Source: Octopus sinensis
Lineage: Eukaryota
Direction: 5' to 3'
Assembly (NCBI RefSeq): GCF_006345805.1
Contig: NC_043003.1
Location: 109,864,001 to 109,928,000, forward strand
DNA: 64,000 bases
Positions 38,393 to 51,789 of this stretch are shown here, piece by piece (position 1 is the stretch's first letter; every line of letters begins with the position of its first letter). A program made the translations under genes and the position numbers. A model generated the notes under the pieces. The model saw nothing but the letters and a program-made list of their open reading frames with translations. It was not told where the DNA came from and did no database searches.

Positions 38393-38830
38393 TTAACCCT
38401 TGGTCTACCAGAGAAAATGTATCTCACTAATTACCAACTGGGTCCAATGGACCCAATATTTTTCTCTTAATTAAATTTTATGCAAATTACCACTATTTCT
38501 TTGCTACATTATATATGTTAGCTGGTGAATGAAGAATTACTGTTTCTCACAAAATTTAATTTTAAAAATACAGTTTACAGAATATATTATAAAGTTTAAA
38601 AATTGCAAAACTACAGAATTACAGATCTTCATGGCAGTAAAAGCAGACAATATTGAAATGTTCTTGGCAAACATGGATATTACAATTCTTACATGTTGTA
38701 CAAGTTTTCCTGGGCCACACAAAGTGCATCTTCCTTTTTTCTTTGACTGAGGAATCTCTAATGATGTTGAAGATCGCCTTCTTTGCTTGCTTGGTCGAGA
38801 AATGTTAGCTGAACTAGAAGATTGTTTGTC
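38393..38830 (-). mobile_element. piggyBac 3' end: cysteine-rich domain and terminus
   Basis: TTAA-CCC terminus at 38393-38399; subterminal palindrome TGGGTCCAATGGACCCA; KKGRCTLCGPGK/CTTCKNCNIHVCQEHFNIVCFYCHEDL* across one frameshift. Confidence 0.85.
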
Positions 38831-39025
38831 ACGTTCTTGTTTAACATTTAACTCTAGCAGCTGTTCCTTTCTTAACATTGCCGCAGTCAAATAAATATTA
38901 CTTAAACAAAATAACATGATATTTTGTACTATTGTCACAATTTCATGTTTCAAAACGTTACATACTCTCTATTCAGTCTGATATATATATATGTATGTAT
39001 GTGTGTGTGTATGTATGTATGTATG

Positions 39026-39076
<51 letters not shown>

Positions 39077-39187
39077 TTATCCGTAATAATGAAGGGTGAA
39101 ATTAATTAATTTGGAAAAATTATCAATTACACCAAGTAGTCTTCGGCATGTAAAAGCCTCATTCGAGGAAAATTAAGTAATACTAAG

Positions 39188-39549
39188 CAATAAGGGTTAG
39201 CAACGAGTTGCCTTACCACATACCGAATTTAGAAATAGCAGTCAAGGGTTATAGCTATTTCTTCTACTAAAAAGGGAGATCTCAGTAAAAACAGCATTGG
39301 AAGGCAGACACAAACAGGTAAGAGAGAATGAATTGACTGCAATCTATCATACATTTTTTTAGTTTTTTTAGTTAAAAAAATGTATGATAGATTGCAGTCA
39401 ATTCATTCTCTCTTACCTGTTTGTGTCTGCCTTCCAAATGCTGTTTTTACTGAGATCTCCCTTTTTAGTAGAAGAAATAGCTATAACCCTTTGACTGCTA
39501 TTTCTAAACTCGGTATGTGGTAAGGCAACTCGTTGCTAAACCCTTATTG
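39188..39549. mobile_element. Near-perfect palindrome with ~175-bp arms and a 13-nt loop, between (TA)n tracts
   Basis: 39188-39360 and 39374-39549 are reverse complements with about 4 differences; hammerhead-like relic CUGA-GA...GAAA-UAGCUA-UA at 39450-39485. Confidence 0.95.
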
Positions 39550-39608
<59 letters not shown>

Positions 39609-39659
39609 GCCAGGCTGAGTAGAAAGATAAAGCATCATCCTACAGACACGTTCGCATAA

Positions 39660-39800
39660 TTGACCCATCAAATGTGATTTATGTCTTTTGGAAAAATTCT
39701 ATATTTTATTCCAGGACAATAGCGCTTTGAATCAAAGACGCAAACTCTTGAATTCCTGCAGCCACGCAACAAAATTTAAAATGTTTGCTAACAAAATACC
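39660..39800 (+). mobile_element. PLE ORF extreme C-terminus
   Basis: PIKCDLCLLEKFYILFQDNSALNQRRKLLNSCSHATKFKM matches the CxLCLxEK...LNxRxE...CRH end of Penelope/Poseidon ORFs. Confidence 0.8.
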
Positions 39801-41229
39801 ATATGGATAATATATATATTTTGAATCTTGAAATAGTTTTCAAACCCACTGTTGGATTTGTATTTTCTAATGCATAGTTTTTTTCGCATCGCAAAGCTAT
39901 TGTATATATTTCGACAAATTTCTTAAGAAAACCTTCGACAGTTATATGTATAAATTATTTTCCTGTTTAATATTTTATTTTTATTAATTTTATTGTATTT
40001 TCCAAACCCATTTAATCGTTATATTTATAGATAATTCGATATATGGTGTTACATTTTGATGTCTTTTAACCGATTTTCTTATATTATACACTCATCAATT
40101 TTTTAAAAAGTTGTTTGTATATATACCTCAGGACCTAGATATGTGTTTTATGTAGATCTCTGTATTGTAGGCATGCATATGTATCCGTATGTGTGCGTTT
40201 GTGTATATGTGTAAGTAAGCGTGTATATTTATACATGTGTACAGACGTACATGGATGTATATGTATGCAAGTATACAATTATATTTGTGTGACTGTGTAT
40301 TTACGGGCATATTTCCATATATTTATATACGTGATCTTATATGTGTATTTATATACTAATATACACTTTTGTATATACATATATATGTAATTTTATTTTG
40401 TGTACGTTTGCTACACTTATTCCATCAGCCATCTTTCTTTCTTTCTTTTTTCTGTCCTTACGTAAAGGATCCTTTCTCTCCCTATTCGTTATTTTGATAG
40501 CGTCCTTAAACAATGCGTTCCTTTTCTCCCCCATACCTCTTTCTTTTGCTTTTTTCTTTCCCCCTCCCTACGTTTAAGATATATTTCCTATCTATCTTGT
40601 CTGTTATAACTGACTTCTATATGTAAACACCAAGAGATTTTCGTACGCGGGCATGGTTGCCTGCATATGTGTATATGCGTATAAGTGTATTTGCGCGTAT
40701 ATTTATCTCTTACATATATACGCCTGTATATGTATGTAACTATGTGCATGCATCTGTGTATTTTGACGTATATATGTATATTATAGATGGTCTAGTATGC
40801 GTATATACTGTTGTAAAATATTTATGTAATGCAGCGTGAAAATTTTGATTTTAATTTTAATGTATTAATTGACTTATATTTCGTATATAATCATTTAAGG
40901 TTTTCGTCGATTTTACAATAGGATGAATTTATATTGAATTCATTATTTTACAATAGGATGGATTTATATTGAATTCATTACATGCTTAAGGCCGTTAATT
41001 GAAAGGACCAATGAAACAAATCCATTTTTTAAGGTGTATCCTTTAGCTAGTTTTGATTATATTGTTATTTCTGTTCCATTTTAACAAAACTGTCCGACGA
41101 ACAGGGACGTGAAACTCTGAGTAACAACTCTTGCTATATTTATGCTGCTTTTAAATAATACATATTACTCTACCTCTGGTTCTAGAGTACTCTCTTTTTT
41201 CCACCTCGTTTCACATTTATGTTCTTACG

Positions 41230-41312
41230 TACACACACACACACACACACAACACACATACACAAACACACATACACACACATACACGTACACACACACA
41301 CGCACACCACAC

Positions 41313-41353
<41 letters not shown>

Positions 41354-41392
41354 CACACCACACACACCACACACACAACACACACACCACAC

Positions 41393-41432
<40 letters not shown>
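41230..41432. repeat. Degenerate (CA)n plus (TA)n
   Basis: Direct reading. Confidence 0.95.
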
Positions 41433-41434
41433 CG

Positions 41435-43200
41435 GAGCAGATCAGTGAGAGCAACCCATCTAGGAGAAAGAAAGTTTTGATATAAAACCAGGTTTAGGAT
41501 CGCGGACAATCTCCTCAGCCGATGTGCACTATCAGCAGCTAGTTACTCCTACAGCAGACTGGTCTCTGTACCTTCTGAGCAACTAGATAAGGAGAAAACC
41601 ATTCTGATCTCCAATCTGCGATCGATTTAGCATCTGGCATGTGGCACACTGTGACACAGTACGTGAAGAGAGTGTGCATTGTGCTGCACAAGAAATGACC
41701 GCTACAAACAAAATCTTGTTCAGGTATTTGAGTAAAATACTATCAGCAAATTCCACCATCATGTTTTAATGGAGTGAGTATAGAATCTTCCGCCACCAAA
41801 ACCAATCCTATGACGATAAAGGAATAGCGAAGGGAACAAGTGAAGTATGTCAGTAGAAGTTCTTAGCTTGAACCTCGCACTTAGGTGATGCAAGTTAGAT
41901 GGCCACTTTACACATATCCGGGTAATTGTGTAATTCGTGTTCTCCTTTCACAACGAAGAAGCTCTGGTTAGGATGGTACTGCTTTCCTCCAAAGGAGAGG
42001 GGTCAAGAAAATTCAACCTAAAAATTACTTACTTGCATTGCTTCTTGTCATTAGGTGCAAATGACTAGGCATCCAAACCTGCATCAGAAAATTAAAGAAA
42101 TCGAAAATAAAAGACCTTCTTATAGCATCTTGGAATATGAGAACTCTTCAGGACAGCAAGAAAGAAAAGAATGTAGGTTGCCCGTATCTTGAAGTGGGGG
42201 AATAGCAGCTCTCTCATTGGAATAGCAGCTCTCTCAGGAACAAGATTAGCAGACACTTTCTTCTGAGTGGATAAGCCTTAGGAAGTAAAGAAAGAGGCAG
42301 GCGTTGGGTTTGCTATTCGAAATGACTAAGTGAAACATCTTGAATCTCTTCCTGTTGGCATTAGTGAGAGACAAATGTCATTGCATTCTGCATTGGCAAA
42401 ACTAAATATATAACTATTTTCAGCTGTTATGCATCAACCATGAACTCAAATGGAGTAGTCAAGGAGAAGTTCCCCTCGGAGCTACGCAGCCAGTTGAGAG
42501 GTGTTGCCATCCATGATAAACTTCTCCTTGGTGATTTCAATGCACATATAAGATGTGACACATCCATATTGAGTGACGTAATAGAGAAGCATGGGGTTGG
42601 CAAGGCAAACTTAATCGGCCATCTGATGCTATCGTTCTGCGTTGAGTATAGACTTTTGATTACCAATACTATTTCCAGCTCCCCATGCAACACAAAACTA
42701 CTTAGAAGCATCTCCGATCTAACCATTATCACCTTATTGATTACATAATTGTGAGGTCTTTCACGAGGGAAGATGTCCAAATAACACGTTCTTTCTCCAT
42801 TGGGGAGGGTTGGTCTGACCATAGACTGACACTATCAAAGGTGAATTTTACTATCCGCAGTCCTATTCGCACTCGACCAGTTCGAAAATTAGATGCGACC
42901 AAGCTGAGGAACAATGACAATTTAACCTCATATCAAAGAATCTGTGACAAGAGACTTGCTGGCGTCTCAGACAACACAGATATTGAACCAGCGTAGTCTG
43001 CTTTTAAAAATGCTGTATTTGAGTCATCTTGTGAAACATTCGGGTATGTTAGAAGTAAGCACCAAGAATAGTTTCACTGAAATTATCCAAACATTTCTCT
43101 TCTTTTGGACAACATAAACAAATGTCACTGTCAATGAATGTCAAATAAAAATAATGTCAGAAAACGCAACAATTTTAAAAAGGGTAAAAATCCCTGCCAA
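41435..43200 (+). mobile_element. RTE-clade LINE 5' region (5'UTR plus APE endonuclease), decayed and 3'-truncated
   Basis: IASWNMRTL, LSGTRL, EAGVGFAIRN, ITIFSCYASTMNSN, LLLGDFNAH, MLSFCVEYRLLITNT and WSDHRL motifs across frameshifts. Confidence 0.9.
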
Positions 43201-44559
43201 TCTCAACTGACGGTAATTATATCAGAAATAGAAAGAAGTGCGAGAACAAGAACCAAGCGACAAAGTTCAGTGTGGAATTCGAGTTGATTGTTGATTCTGA
43301 CGTGGATTCCATAATTACCAGTTTATATAACCCTTGGTAAAATATTCAAGAACATTCGAAATGTAAATTGGCAGGAAATTTACAAAACTCTCCTTCGATG
43401 ACCATCGACGTTAGTTGATTCATTTTAACCAAATTTGATTGACCGGTAAACATTTATGTGAGTGTTTTGTTCTCTGAAAGGGCTGGATATGACTCTTATC
43501 GCTATAAGAACAGGCTGCGGTTCATAACTAGAAATCCAAATGAGTTGGTTCGAATCTGGCCAAGCCTCTCTACAATAACATTCTAAGGCGGCCTGTTAGC
43601 ATCGAAAAAGATGCTTTGCAGTATTTACTCCTAACATTTTATTCCTGAGGTTTTGTAGGGTTCACTTCTTCTGACACCCAGTCTTACAAGATCTACATCT
43701 TTAGGAGTCCTTAGCAAATTTCACTCACGCACAAGCGAGAGTGCCAGGTCTCCGATTTGTAGATATCTGTATGTTCCTAGGTTTCATTCACCTCGAACTA
43801 CATTATACAATATATCCGTTTCCTTTTGAACTACAAGGTGTGATTGGTTGTTCTTTCAAGCAAGTCAATCATCAACGTAATGGTTCCGTCCATATTATTT
43901 CTAGAAAAAGTTCATCAGCAATAATTTTGACATGAAAGTTAACTACCTAGATTTCTGGCCTACGATGACCTCTACAAATAAACATAGATGAAGTGAGTGT
44001 TGCTTCACTATCGTTCTCATATCCTCCTCCTCCCCCTCCCCTCCGGTTCCTCCTTCTCCCCTCCGTTCCTCCTCCTTCTTCACCTCCGGTTCCTCCCCTC
44101 CTCCTCTTCCTTCCTTCACCACCACCACCACGATCATCATGATCATCCTTCATCATCCTTCATCATCACCCGTATCTTCGTCGTCGTCGTCATCATCATT
44201 GTAGTTGCAGTCGTAGGTGTCGAGGCCCGAAACTGTAAATATGAGATCTATCTTTCCGAGATAAACGTTATTTTCGTTTTCGATAAATTGGATTGATTTT
44301 ATTTTTTTTTTTTGTATATTTATTCATTGGTTTATTTTGGTTAAGTGTTTCAGTTTGAACCCAGAAGTCATTTAGTATCTTCTGTTTAGATCAACATAGC
44401 ACAAATATAACAATAAATTGAGGGGAAAAAAATGAGAAAAAAAAACATATAGACAATCAAATATAATAATTGATGATATCAACGAATAAACAAATATAAA
44501 TTGCCAGAGATTGCTCAGTTTACAAAATGTTTGTAACAGAGAAGCATCGAAATAAATTG

Positions 44560-44567
44560 CAATGATA

Positions 44568-44627
<60 letters not shown>

Positions 44628-44688
44628 TTAGTAATAATAATAGTAAAAACAACAAGAACAACAAGAACAACAACAATAATAATAATAA

Positions 44689-44753
<65 letters not shown>

Positions 44754-44772
44754 TTAATAATAATAATAATCA
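44560..44772. repeat. (GAT)n-(AAC)-(TAA)n compound triplet microsatellite
   Basis: Direct reading; explains the poly-M and poly-I ORFs. Confidence 0.97.
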
Positions 44773-45199
44773 CAACAGTAATCTATCGAATCCTCCCACT
44801 TCCCGCCACCTATAAAGAAACGATGTTTTGTTTCATCGTATTCGTTTCTTTTGTTCCAACAGAAATGTTACCAGCGTAAAGAATTCGCTACAGATAGTGG
44901 AATTTATGGTTTTGGAAATGAAATTTGTGACAGGAAATCAAATAAAATTAAAACAATAAAACATCAACAATAAAAGAAGCAAGGAAATGTTCTTCCACTT
45001 CTAGTCCATTCATAGAAATACTATTTTTTGTTTCTATAATGAAACACACATTTTTTGCGTTTAAAGAAAAAAGAATCCGTCCTATATTTTCTCAGGGAAT
45101 GATATTTGTATCCAGTAGAGTTCAAATCCTTCACTAATGTTATTTATGACGTAAGTGAAATCGAAATTTGACTTTAAAATTTAACGGCATCGCAGCGGT

Positions 45200-45365
45200 A
45201 TCTTGGTAGAATCATTAGCGGCGCGGGCGAAATGCTTCGCGGCATTTCGTCTGTCTTTACATTCTGAGTCCAAATTCCACCGTTGTCGACATTGCCTGTC
45301 ATCCTGTCGGGGTCGCTAAAATAAGTACCAGTTGAGTACTAGTAATGATGTAACCGACTTACCCT
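45200..45365 (+). mobile_element. Decayed GGCGGCGAGCTGG SINE copy
   Basis: GGCGAAATGCTTCGCGGCATTTCGTCTGTCTTTACATTCTGAGTCCAAATTCC...GTCGACATTGCC. Confidence 0.75.
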
Positions 45366-45421
45366 TCCTGCAAAATTGCTTGTCTTGTATCAAAAATTGA
45401 AAATGGTATGTAAGACCTTAC

Positions 45422-45529
45422 TAAATTGATGATGTACCACACAGATAACCGAAAGGCCGTACATAGTTCTTGCATCCGTACTCGGCCATTTGTATCAATT
45501 TCAGCCTCATTGTAAAGCATTTCTTTCAT
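45422..45529 (-). other. Candidate EF-hand-encoding exon or gene relic
   Basis: MKEMLYNEA-EIDTNGRVRMQE-LCTAF fits the 12-residue EF loop spacing (Glu instead of Asp at position 1). Donor TTA|GTAAG is reasonable; the acceptor is poor and abuts a SINE tail. Confidence 0.3.
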
Positions 45530-45534
45530 CTGTG

Positions 45535-46020
45535 CTTTATCAGTTACTTTCTTCAGTAACTGAACTGCGGTCATACTGGTGCACCACTTTTAAGAGTTTA
45601 GTTGAACAAATTAACTCCTGTACTTACTTTTCAAGTCTGGTATCGTGTCGTATTTTTTGCCGAACTGCAAGCGTATACATACCAACATTGGCTGTCAAGT
45701 GGTGGTGAAATAAAAGCAAACGCACGCACACACACACACACACACGCACACACACACACACACACCACACACACACACTCGCACAAACACACACACATAC
45801 TCGCACAAACACACACACATACTCGCACAAACACTCGCACAAAGCGCGCGCACCTATACTATTGTCATCTACGGACTTTCTGTCTACCAAATTCCCTCAC
45901 AAGCCAATGATCGGATTGGGCCTACTTGGGACAATTATCCAAGGAACCACACTGAGGAACGAAATCCACATCTGGGTCGCTGAAATGCAAGCTTCTTAAC
46001 CACATACCGACTCTCACGTA
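45535..46020 (-). mobile_element. Full-length, diverged CORE-like SINE
   Basis: Head GTATGTGGTTAAGAAGCTTGC at ~46000; TTTCTGTCTACCAAATTCC; tail CCAGTATGACCGCAGTTCAG. Confidence 0.75.
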
Positions 46021-46047
46021 TATTTGCTGCACGATTTCCACACTCAC

Positions 46048-46120
46048 AAAATATAAAATACAGCAGAAAATAATCGTTCCATCAGTTATATTTGCAAACC
46101 AAAACTGCTCAAAATCACAG
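46048..46120 (-). other. Candidate 73-nt exon with strong splice signals
   Basis: Acceptor GTTTTTTGTCTTCCAG|, donor TTT|GTGAGT; reads CDFEQFWFANITDGTIIFCCILYF, where xDFEQF resembles the end of an EF loop. Confidence 0.25.
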
Positions 46121-47229
46121 CTGGAAGACAAAAAACGTATAAGCAACAACATCCATGATACCCAAAATGAGATGCTGTAACATTTACCGCATATATTCGT
46201 GGGTGTCATCAAATTTTATCGACTCCGAATGGATGGTGAAAGATAAAAACAAAGCATTTGCATATGGTAATCATTGTGAAAAACAAGGTATATGAGACTA
46301 ACCTTGTATTGGGCCCTCACCTTGATTGAATCGCAGGCGAGCGATGGTGGCATACGACGTGTCGTGCACTTTTAAACTTGGCGTTACACACCCCTCTGCG
46401 AAGCCGAATTCTTTCAGAAGAGATAAAGACAAACATAAAAGAGGAGTGAAACAGAGAGAAAAATCGACCCTAGCATAAGTCTATTGACTCCAAAAGGAGG
46501 GCATTTTTGTCTCGCAAAAGAGGAAAGGCAAAATTTGAAATCGGCAGGATTTATAACTCAACACCTAGCGAACCGGAATAATTACCGTAAAACAATCTAT
46601 CCAACGCTTTAACGAATCGACCATTTGCTCTCTCAAGACAAATGATATACGGGCCATCAATTGATAGGTGGTAGGGTATTGTAATATCAATTGAACTAGA
46701 TGTATAAGCAGAAATACTATTGGAATCTTTTCCAAAGATAAGACACATTGTCTTTAGAAAAACACAAGTTTAACATCCATTAAAAAAAGTCTAGTTTCTT
46801 AAAATTTTAGATTTAAAGTCACTACCATCATGTAAGTTTTCGGAACATTTATGGAAGATAGTCAAAGTAAATCTATATCAAAAACATAACCCAGGTACAC
46901 CAAATATTAAAAATAGCTTTATGGCCCATATTTTGGCAACATCGTTGTTTCTTGAAGACTTTCTTAGCTGAATAATTTTGGTTTGGAATTAAGCCATGCA
47001 GAACTAGATTTGTGAATATTTTATAGGAAACAATAACACTCTGATGCATCTCACAATGTTAAAACTGTTTTCATATTAGTTATTCATTAAAATACAAATG
47101 TAAACATTATAAGAACTGTACAAAAACATACGAACTACTTATATTAAATAAACATCATTGCAGTGCAACCTATTTATATAAATGAACATCGCAAAAGTAT
47201 GGCCCTCGTATTCGCTTCAAATGTTGGGT

Positions 47230-47875
47230 TTTATAATCACCGAGATTTTCTTCCGGGGAAAACCTATCTTTAACATAGATAGGAACTCATCCCAAAAGGC
47301 TGGCCATTCCCTTCAGAATCGATAAAACCTTCATTTCCGCCTTTATAACAGACTCACTATGAAGTTCGGTTGAGGCGAACATTAGAATACTGTTTGCAAA
47401 TCAAACTCAGTGCTGCTGCTAAGTATATTGTCCTACTAAACTGCATCCAGAGAAGCGCCATTTGCCTGAATGGCATAACATGCCAACACGCTCCATCTTC
47501 TGACTCTCAGACATGCTGTCTTCTCTTTCTACATTCTCAACTACTATAATGAATTCTTTTTCCCGTGTTTACGCCAGCTAGACCTTCTAAAGTCACTCAT
47601 TTCCCCTCTGCTCATCATCCTTGCTGACCCCGACCAGATCATGAACTTACTACAACGTTCAGTCCCACATCCGCAAAACATCAGCCCTTCAGATTTTCAT
47701 ACTTGCTCATGTCTTCATATCTTTACTGCAGGTTTCGTTCTGGATACCTCCAGGAGCATTAATTGTTAAGATTCCACTCGTCTCGGAGGGACTCCAAATG
47801 CCATGGACAATTCTCCATCTTCGAAATGCTTCAGGTATAAAAATATATAAATAAATTAAAATAAAATAAAAACTA
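47230..47875 (+). mobile_element. Decayed CR1/Jockey-type LINE, RT C-terminus with an A-rich tail
   Basis: VRLRRTLEYC..I..SAAAKYIVLLNCIQRSAI...AVFSFYILNYY...RPSKVTHFPSAHHP pattern, followed by an AAATAAAAT tail. Confidence 0.65.
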
Positions 47876-47934
47876 TTAAAAGATAGTTTAATTATAAATG
47901 TTAAATTGACGATTAAAAATTAGTTGTACTGTTG

Positions 47935-48350
47935 ATGGTAACTGGATCATTTAAAGTTAGTTCTGCAGTAATAGGGTTAGATGGGCCATTAACAATTATC
48001 TGAAGTGTTAATGTTAGTTACGATATTAACATTTATCTACACAGTCAGCGGGTCCATCAACATTTACATGTAACATTAATATTAACTGGACTATCAAAAG
48101 TTTAGTGCTGTATTAATGTTAGCCAGGCCATTAAAAGTTAGCAGGACTACTAAAAGTTAGCTGTATTTTTAATATTGGACCGTTAAAAGTTTGAAGTTCT
48201 ATTAGTGTAAAGGGGACATTCAAAAGTAAACTGATCTCTTTATGTTAGCTGGGATACTAAAGTTTGGTTGCACTCATAACTTTGGCTGCATCATTGAATG
48301 TTAGATGTACTGTTAATGTTAGTTGGATCATTAAAAGTTTTCTGCATTAT
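47935..48350. repeat. Highly degenerate minisatellite (TAATGTTAG / CATTAAAAGTTAG units)
   Basis: AATGTTAG and TAAAAGTT recur at roughly 15-30 bp spacing. Confidence 0.6.
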
Positions 48351-48603
48351 ATAAAAATAATTTTCATTTCTTCGAAACGTAAACTGATATGAAATATAGC
48401 AACTGGATAGATACACGTCTGTCTATAATCTTTTTCCTGTGAGCCGAGGCACGCTAGTCGTAGCTTGTGTAACATTGATCGATATCGATCACAGTTGTAA
48501 AAATCTGGAGACGTGAATATCAGTTCATTAACTTGCAGTATTGAGTACTAATTACCATGTAAGCCTGGAGAGAAAAACGGATGTCATTCATACATACACG
48601 CAA

Positions 48604-48604
48604 A

Positions 48605-48703
<99 letters not shown>

Positions 48704-48705
48704 CC
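48604..48705. repeat. (TATC)n microsatellite
   Basis: Direct reading. Confidence 0.95.
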
Positions 48706-48869
48706 TATTTGTGTGTGCTGTGTACACATGTATATGTGAGCGTACATATATGTGTACATATACATATATATAAAATATACACAATAACTATATAACATAT
48801 ATAAATGCATGTACACACACACACATACACCACATACATATATATCATATATATATATGCACTGATTTC

Positions 48870-49115
48870 TTGAGCAAGACACTTTATTTCACGTTACTTC
48901 AGTTCACTCAGCAGTAGAAATGGGTTGCGAAGTCACTAGAGCTAAGCTGAATCGGCCTTTGGCTTTCCCTTGGACAACATCAGTTGCGTGGAGAAGAGAG
49001 GATGGTATGCATGGGCCACTACAATTCTTCCATAAATAGCATTGCCCGGGCGTGTACCGCGGGAGGGAAACTTCTAGGTACAATCCTATGATTATTCATG
49101 ACCGAAGGGGTTCCC
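48870..49115 (+). mobile_element. 5'-truncated copy of the SINE at 19776-20105
   Basis: TTCTTGAGCAAGACACTTTATT.CACGTT...GCTGGTATGCATGG-like...TTCGTGACCGAAGGGG-like end. Confidence 0.8.
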
Positions 49116-49659
49116 TTATATATATATACACATATACATATATGTGTGTATGTTTATGTGTGTGTGTGTCAACAGGTGCGTTTCAAAATACCTATAGAAG
49201 ATGCTCAAAGTAAATATAAAAAATAGGTTCATGGCCCATATTTTGGCCATATCTCCATATACATATAGGAACTATTCCATCTATGTCAGTCTCAGTTATA
49301 CATATACTTTGATAGTGGCAATTATATACCTGTGCCTTCCCCTTTTGAACCGCTACCATAGAACAGTATTCACACATGGGTCCTGAACGTTTGCCTGTTT
49401 TCTTCTTTCATTACCTCTTTATTGTACTCCCATTATATAACACTTCTCTTGTGATGAAAGAATATTGTCCGAAGCGTTCACGCATTCTCTGTTTAAAACG
49501 TTATACTAATGCTATATTTGTCAAATGTTGCTCTTGTGTTGTGCTCTTTATTGTAAATTGCTTTTACAGCATTATATTTAAAACACACAGAGACGCACAC
49601 AAAAACTGAGAGAGAAAGAGACAGAGTGAGACGAAAGGGAGAAAGAAAGTGGGAGAGAA

Positions 49660-49696
<37 letters not shown>

Positions 49697-50851
49697 AGAG
49701 GGAAGATGTGCTAAGAAAAAGTATCTTTTTTCTTTTTTTAAACATACGCCTACATACAGAGAACCACGCGGAAACCTATAGACAGTCACTCAATCTGTTC
49801 AAAAATCTACTTTAAGTCAAAGACTTCTATCTTAAATAAAGATTACATTAGACGATGTTGTCTGCATATAAAAAAAAACATAGGTAAAACCAGTTTCTTC
49901 TAAATCGTAGCTTTTTTCGTCGAGGGTCGAGATAGAGTAAAGCAACGAGGACAATGACACCATAACTAAATCAAAGGTAATTGTACAATCATATATCCTG
50001 CTACTCTAATTTATTATGGTAAAATATTTTTTTATGTCTATATCGACCGCAGTTGCCTACACAAATACATGATTCGTCATCCGATCTATTTAAGAAATCG
50101 TTCTTAAAGGAAACGTAAGAGGAACTAAATACCACAAATTATACACATGAATTGCAGTGTGATGCACACCAAAATGCATAAACAACACACGGTCTATAAT
50201 TGAAAACATGTGCTTAAACTTCCACAGGAGGCGATTGAACCCAGAACTACGTTATTTCTCTTCGTAAATCATAGACAGATGGTTTGGTTTACACCTGTAC
50301 CTATGCAGGTTTGCATTAATGTAGATGAAAAGAAGTGTAGAATAACGTAGAATGTAATTAAATGACAGTGCAGTGCAGTGTTTCGTGAAGTGTTAGATAA
50401 CACTGAATTGCAGTGTAATGAAAAGGAAGTGTACTATAGTGGTCTATAGGATATTATTGAACTACCGTTTTATGGAAAAGCACTGTTGTATGCTGAAGTC
50501 TTGAATAACATTGAACAGAAATGTAATGCCTAGTGTGATTCCAAAGGGCAAGAACAATTTTGCCATTAAAATTAAGAAGTGACCTCAGGATAAACTTGTT
50601 AACGTCACTAGCAATGAGTGATCACACAAAATTGACACAGGCATTGATCTCTAAGAACTCTGACAGTATGCTGTAGACAGGGAGGTGCAAACCACAATGC
50701 CAGACAAAATATGAGAATCACAAGATGGGACCTGTTCACAACTTACTGCCAATGGTCATGAAAGCAGATAGCTACTTGAAGCTGTTGGATTGTATTGATC
50801 GAATTTCCGAATGCAACTTAGCAGCAAGATAACAAACTGATTGCATCGTAC

Positions 50852-51010
50852 TATTGGGTTGTCCGGAAAGTTCGTGCCGATTTATAGTAGCTTACATTTC
50901 GACGTATTTTAGAACATGGTTGTGTCCATTAAATAGGATTTCGCTACACCTCCATTTAGAGCACAGTTTAAGCTATCTATTCGTGGAAGAAGGTTTATGT
51001 TTCTATAACC
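50852..51010 (+). mobile_element. mariner-type end (single TIR)
   Basis: TATTGGGTTGTCCGGAAAGTTCG, related to the TIRs at 28798. Confidence 0.6.
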
Positions 51011-51014
51011 TGTG

Positions 51015-51726
51015 TTAATTCTGTTAATTCTTCAAAGATTTTTGCCTCTTTTCTTATTGATGACAGTATTCTTCATCTCTGAGGCTTCAGATTTGAGATG
51101 TGCTAAAATCTTGTCCCTATTATGTACAATCGTCCGACTCATACCAAAAAATCGTGCAACTGTGACCACTTTTTCAACTTTTCCATGGCGTTTTATCATA
51201 GATGGTTTATCTTCCAGCGTTGTAGCATGGCGCTTAGCACTTTCACTATGAATTTTCTTAGGAGCCTTGAGAGAAAAAAATAAAGTCACAGGTGATTGAG
51301 AATGAGAAAGTAGCTGATAAACAGAGGTAAACGAATCTGAATTCAAAACAATCGCTGGAATCACGAGTGACAACGACGCCTAGTGGTAGATATTGGAACT
51401 ACAGTGCAATATGAGCTCTGAAAGACCGATAAATAAAACAACAGAGCTAAGCTACACTACTTTATGGTGTGTTTCTTAACATTTACTGTACGTATTTTAA
51501 TATGATTTTATATTCTTTTATTCTTATTTATTGTTCAATAACATGATTTTATGTGCTTTTAACGGTTCTCTAGTGATTTTACGGTTCCAATATTTGTGGT
51601 AGACAGACGTAAAGTCAAGTAAAATTACTTAACTTGATTTTTATGTTTCCATATAAAATTTTCGAAAACTGACGCATAATGGAGTATGACTTAAATTGAA
51701 ATGACTTAAGTCGAGGTATGTCTGTA
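51015..51726 (-). mobile_element. Tigger/pogo 5' end with CENP-B-type HTH fragment
   Basis: TIR TACAGACATACCTCGACTTAAGTC at 51703-51726; AKRHATTLEDKPSMIKRHGKVEKVVTVARFFGMSRT...RDKILAHLKS. Confidence 0.85.
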
Positions 51727-51789
51727 CTTACTTTAAACACTCGATGGTTTCACACGTCTGTACATTACTTGCACATACTATTCATGTAA

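Noticed and set aside
49200-49380. HRWNSSYM resembling the hAT RWNS motif; shares ATGGCCCATATTTTGGC with ~46920
   Set aside because: The surrounding frame is full of stops and no other hAT motif or TIR was found; too weak to call.
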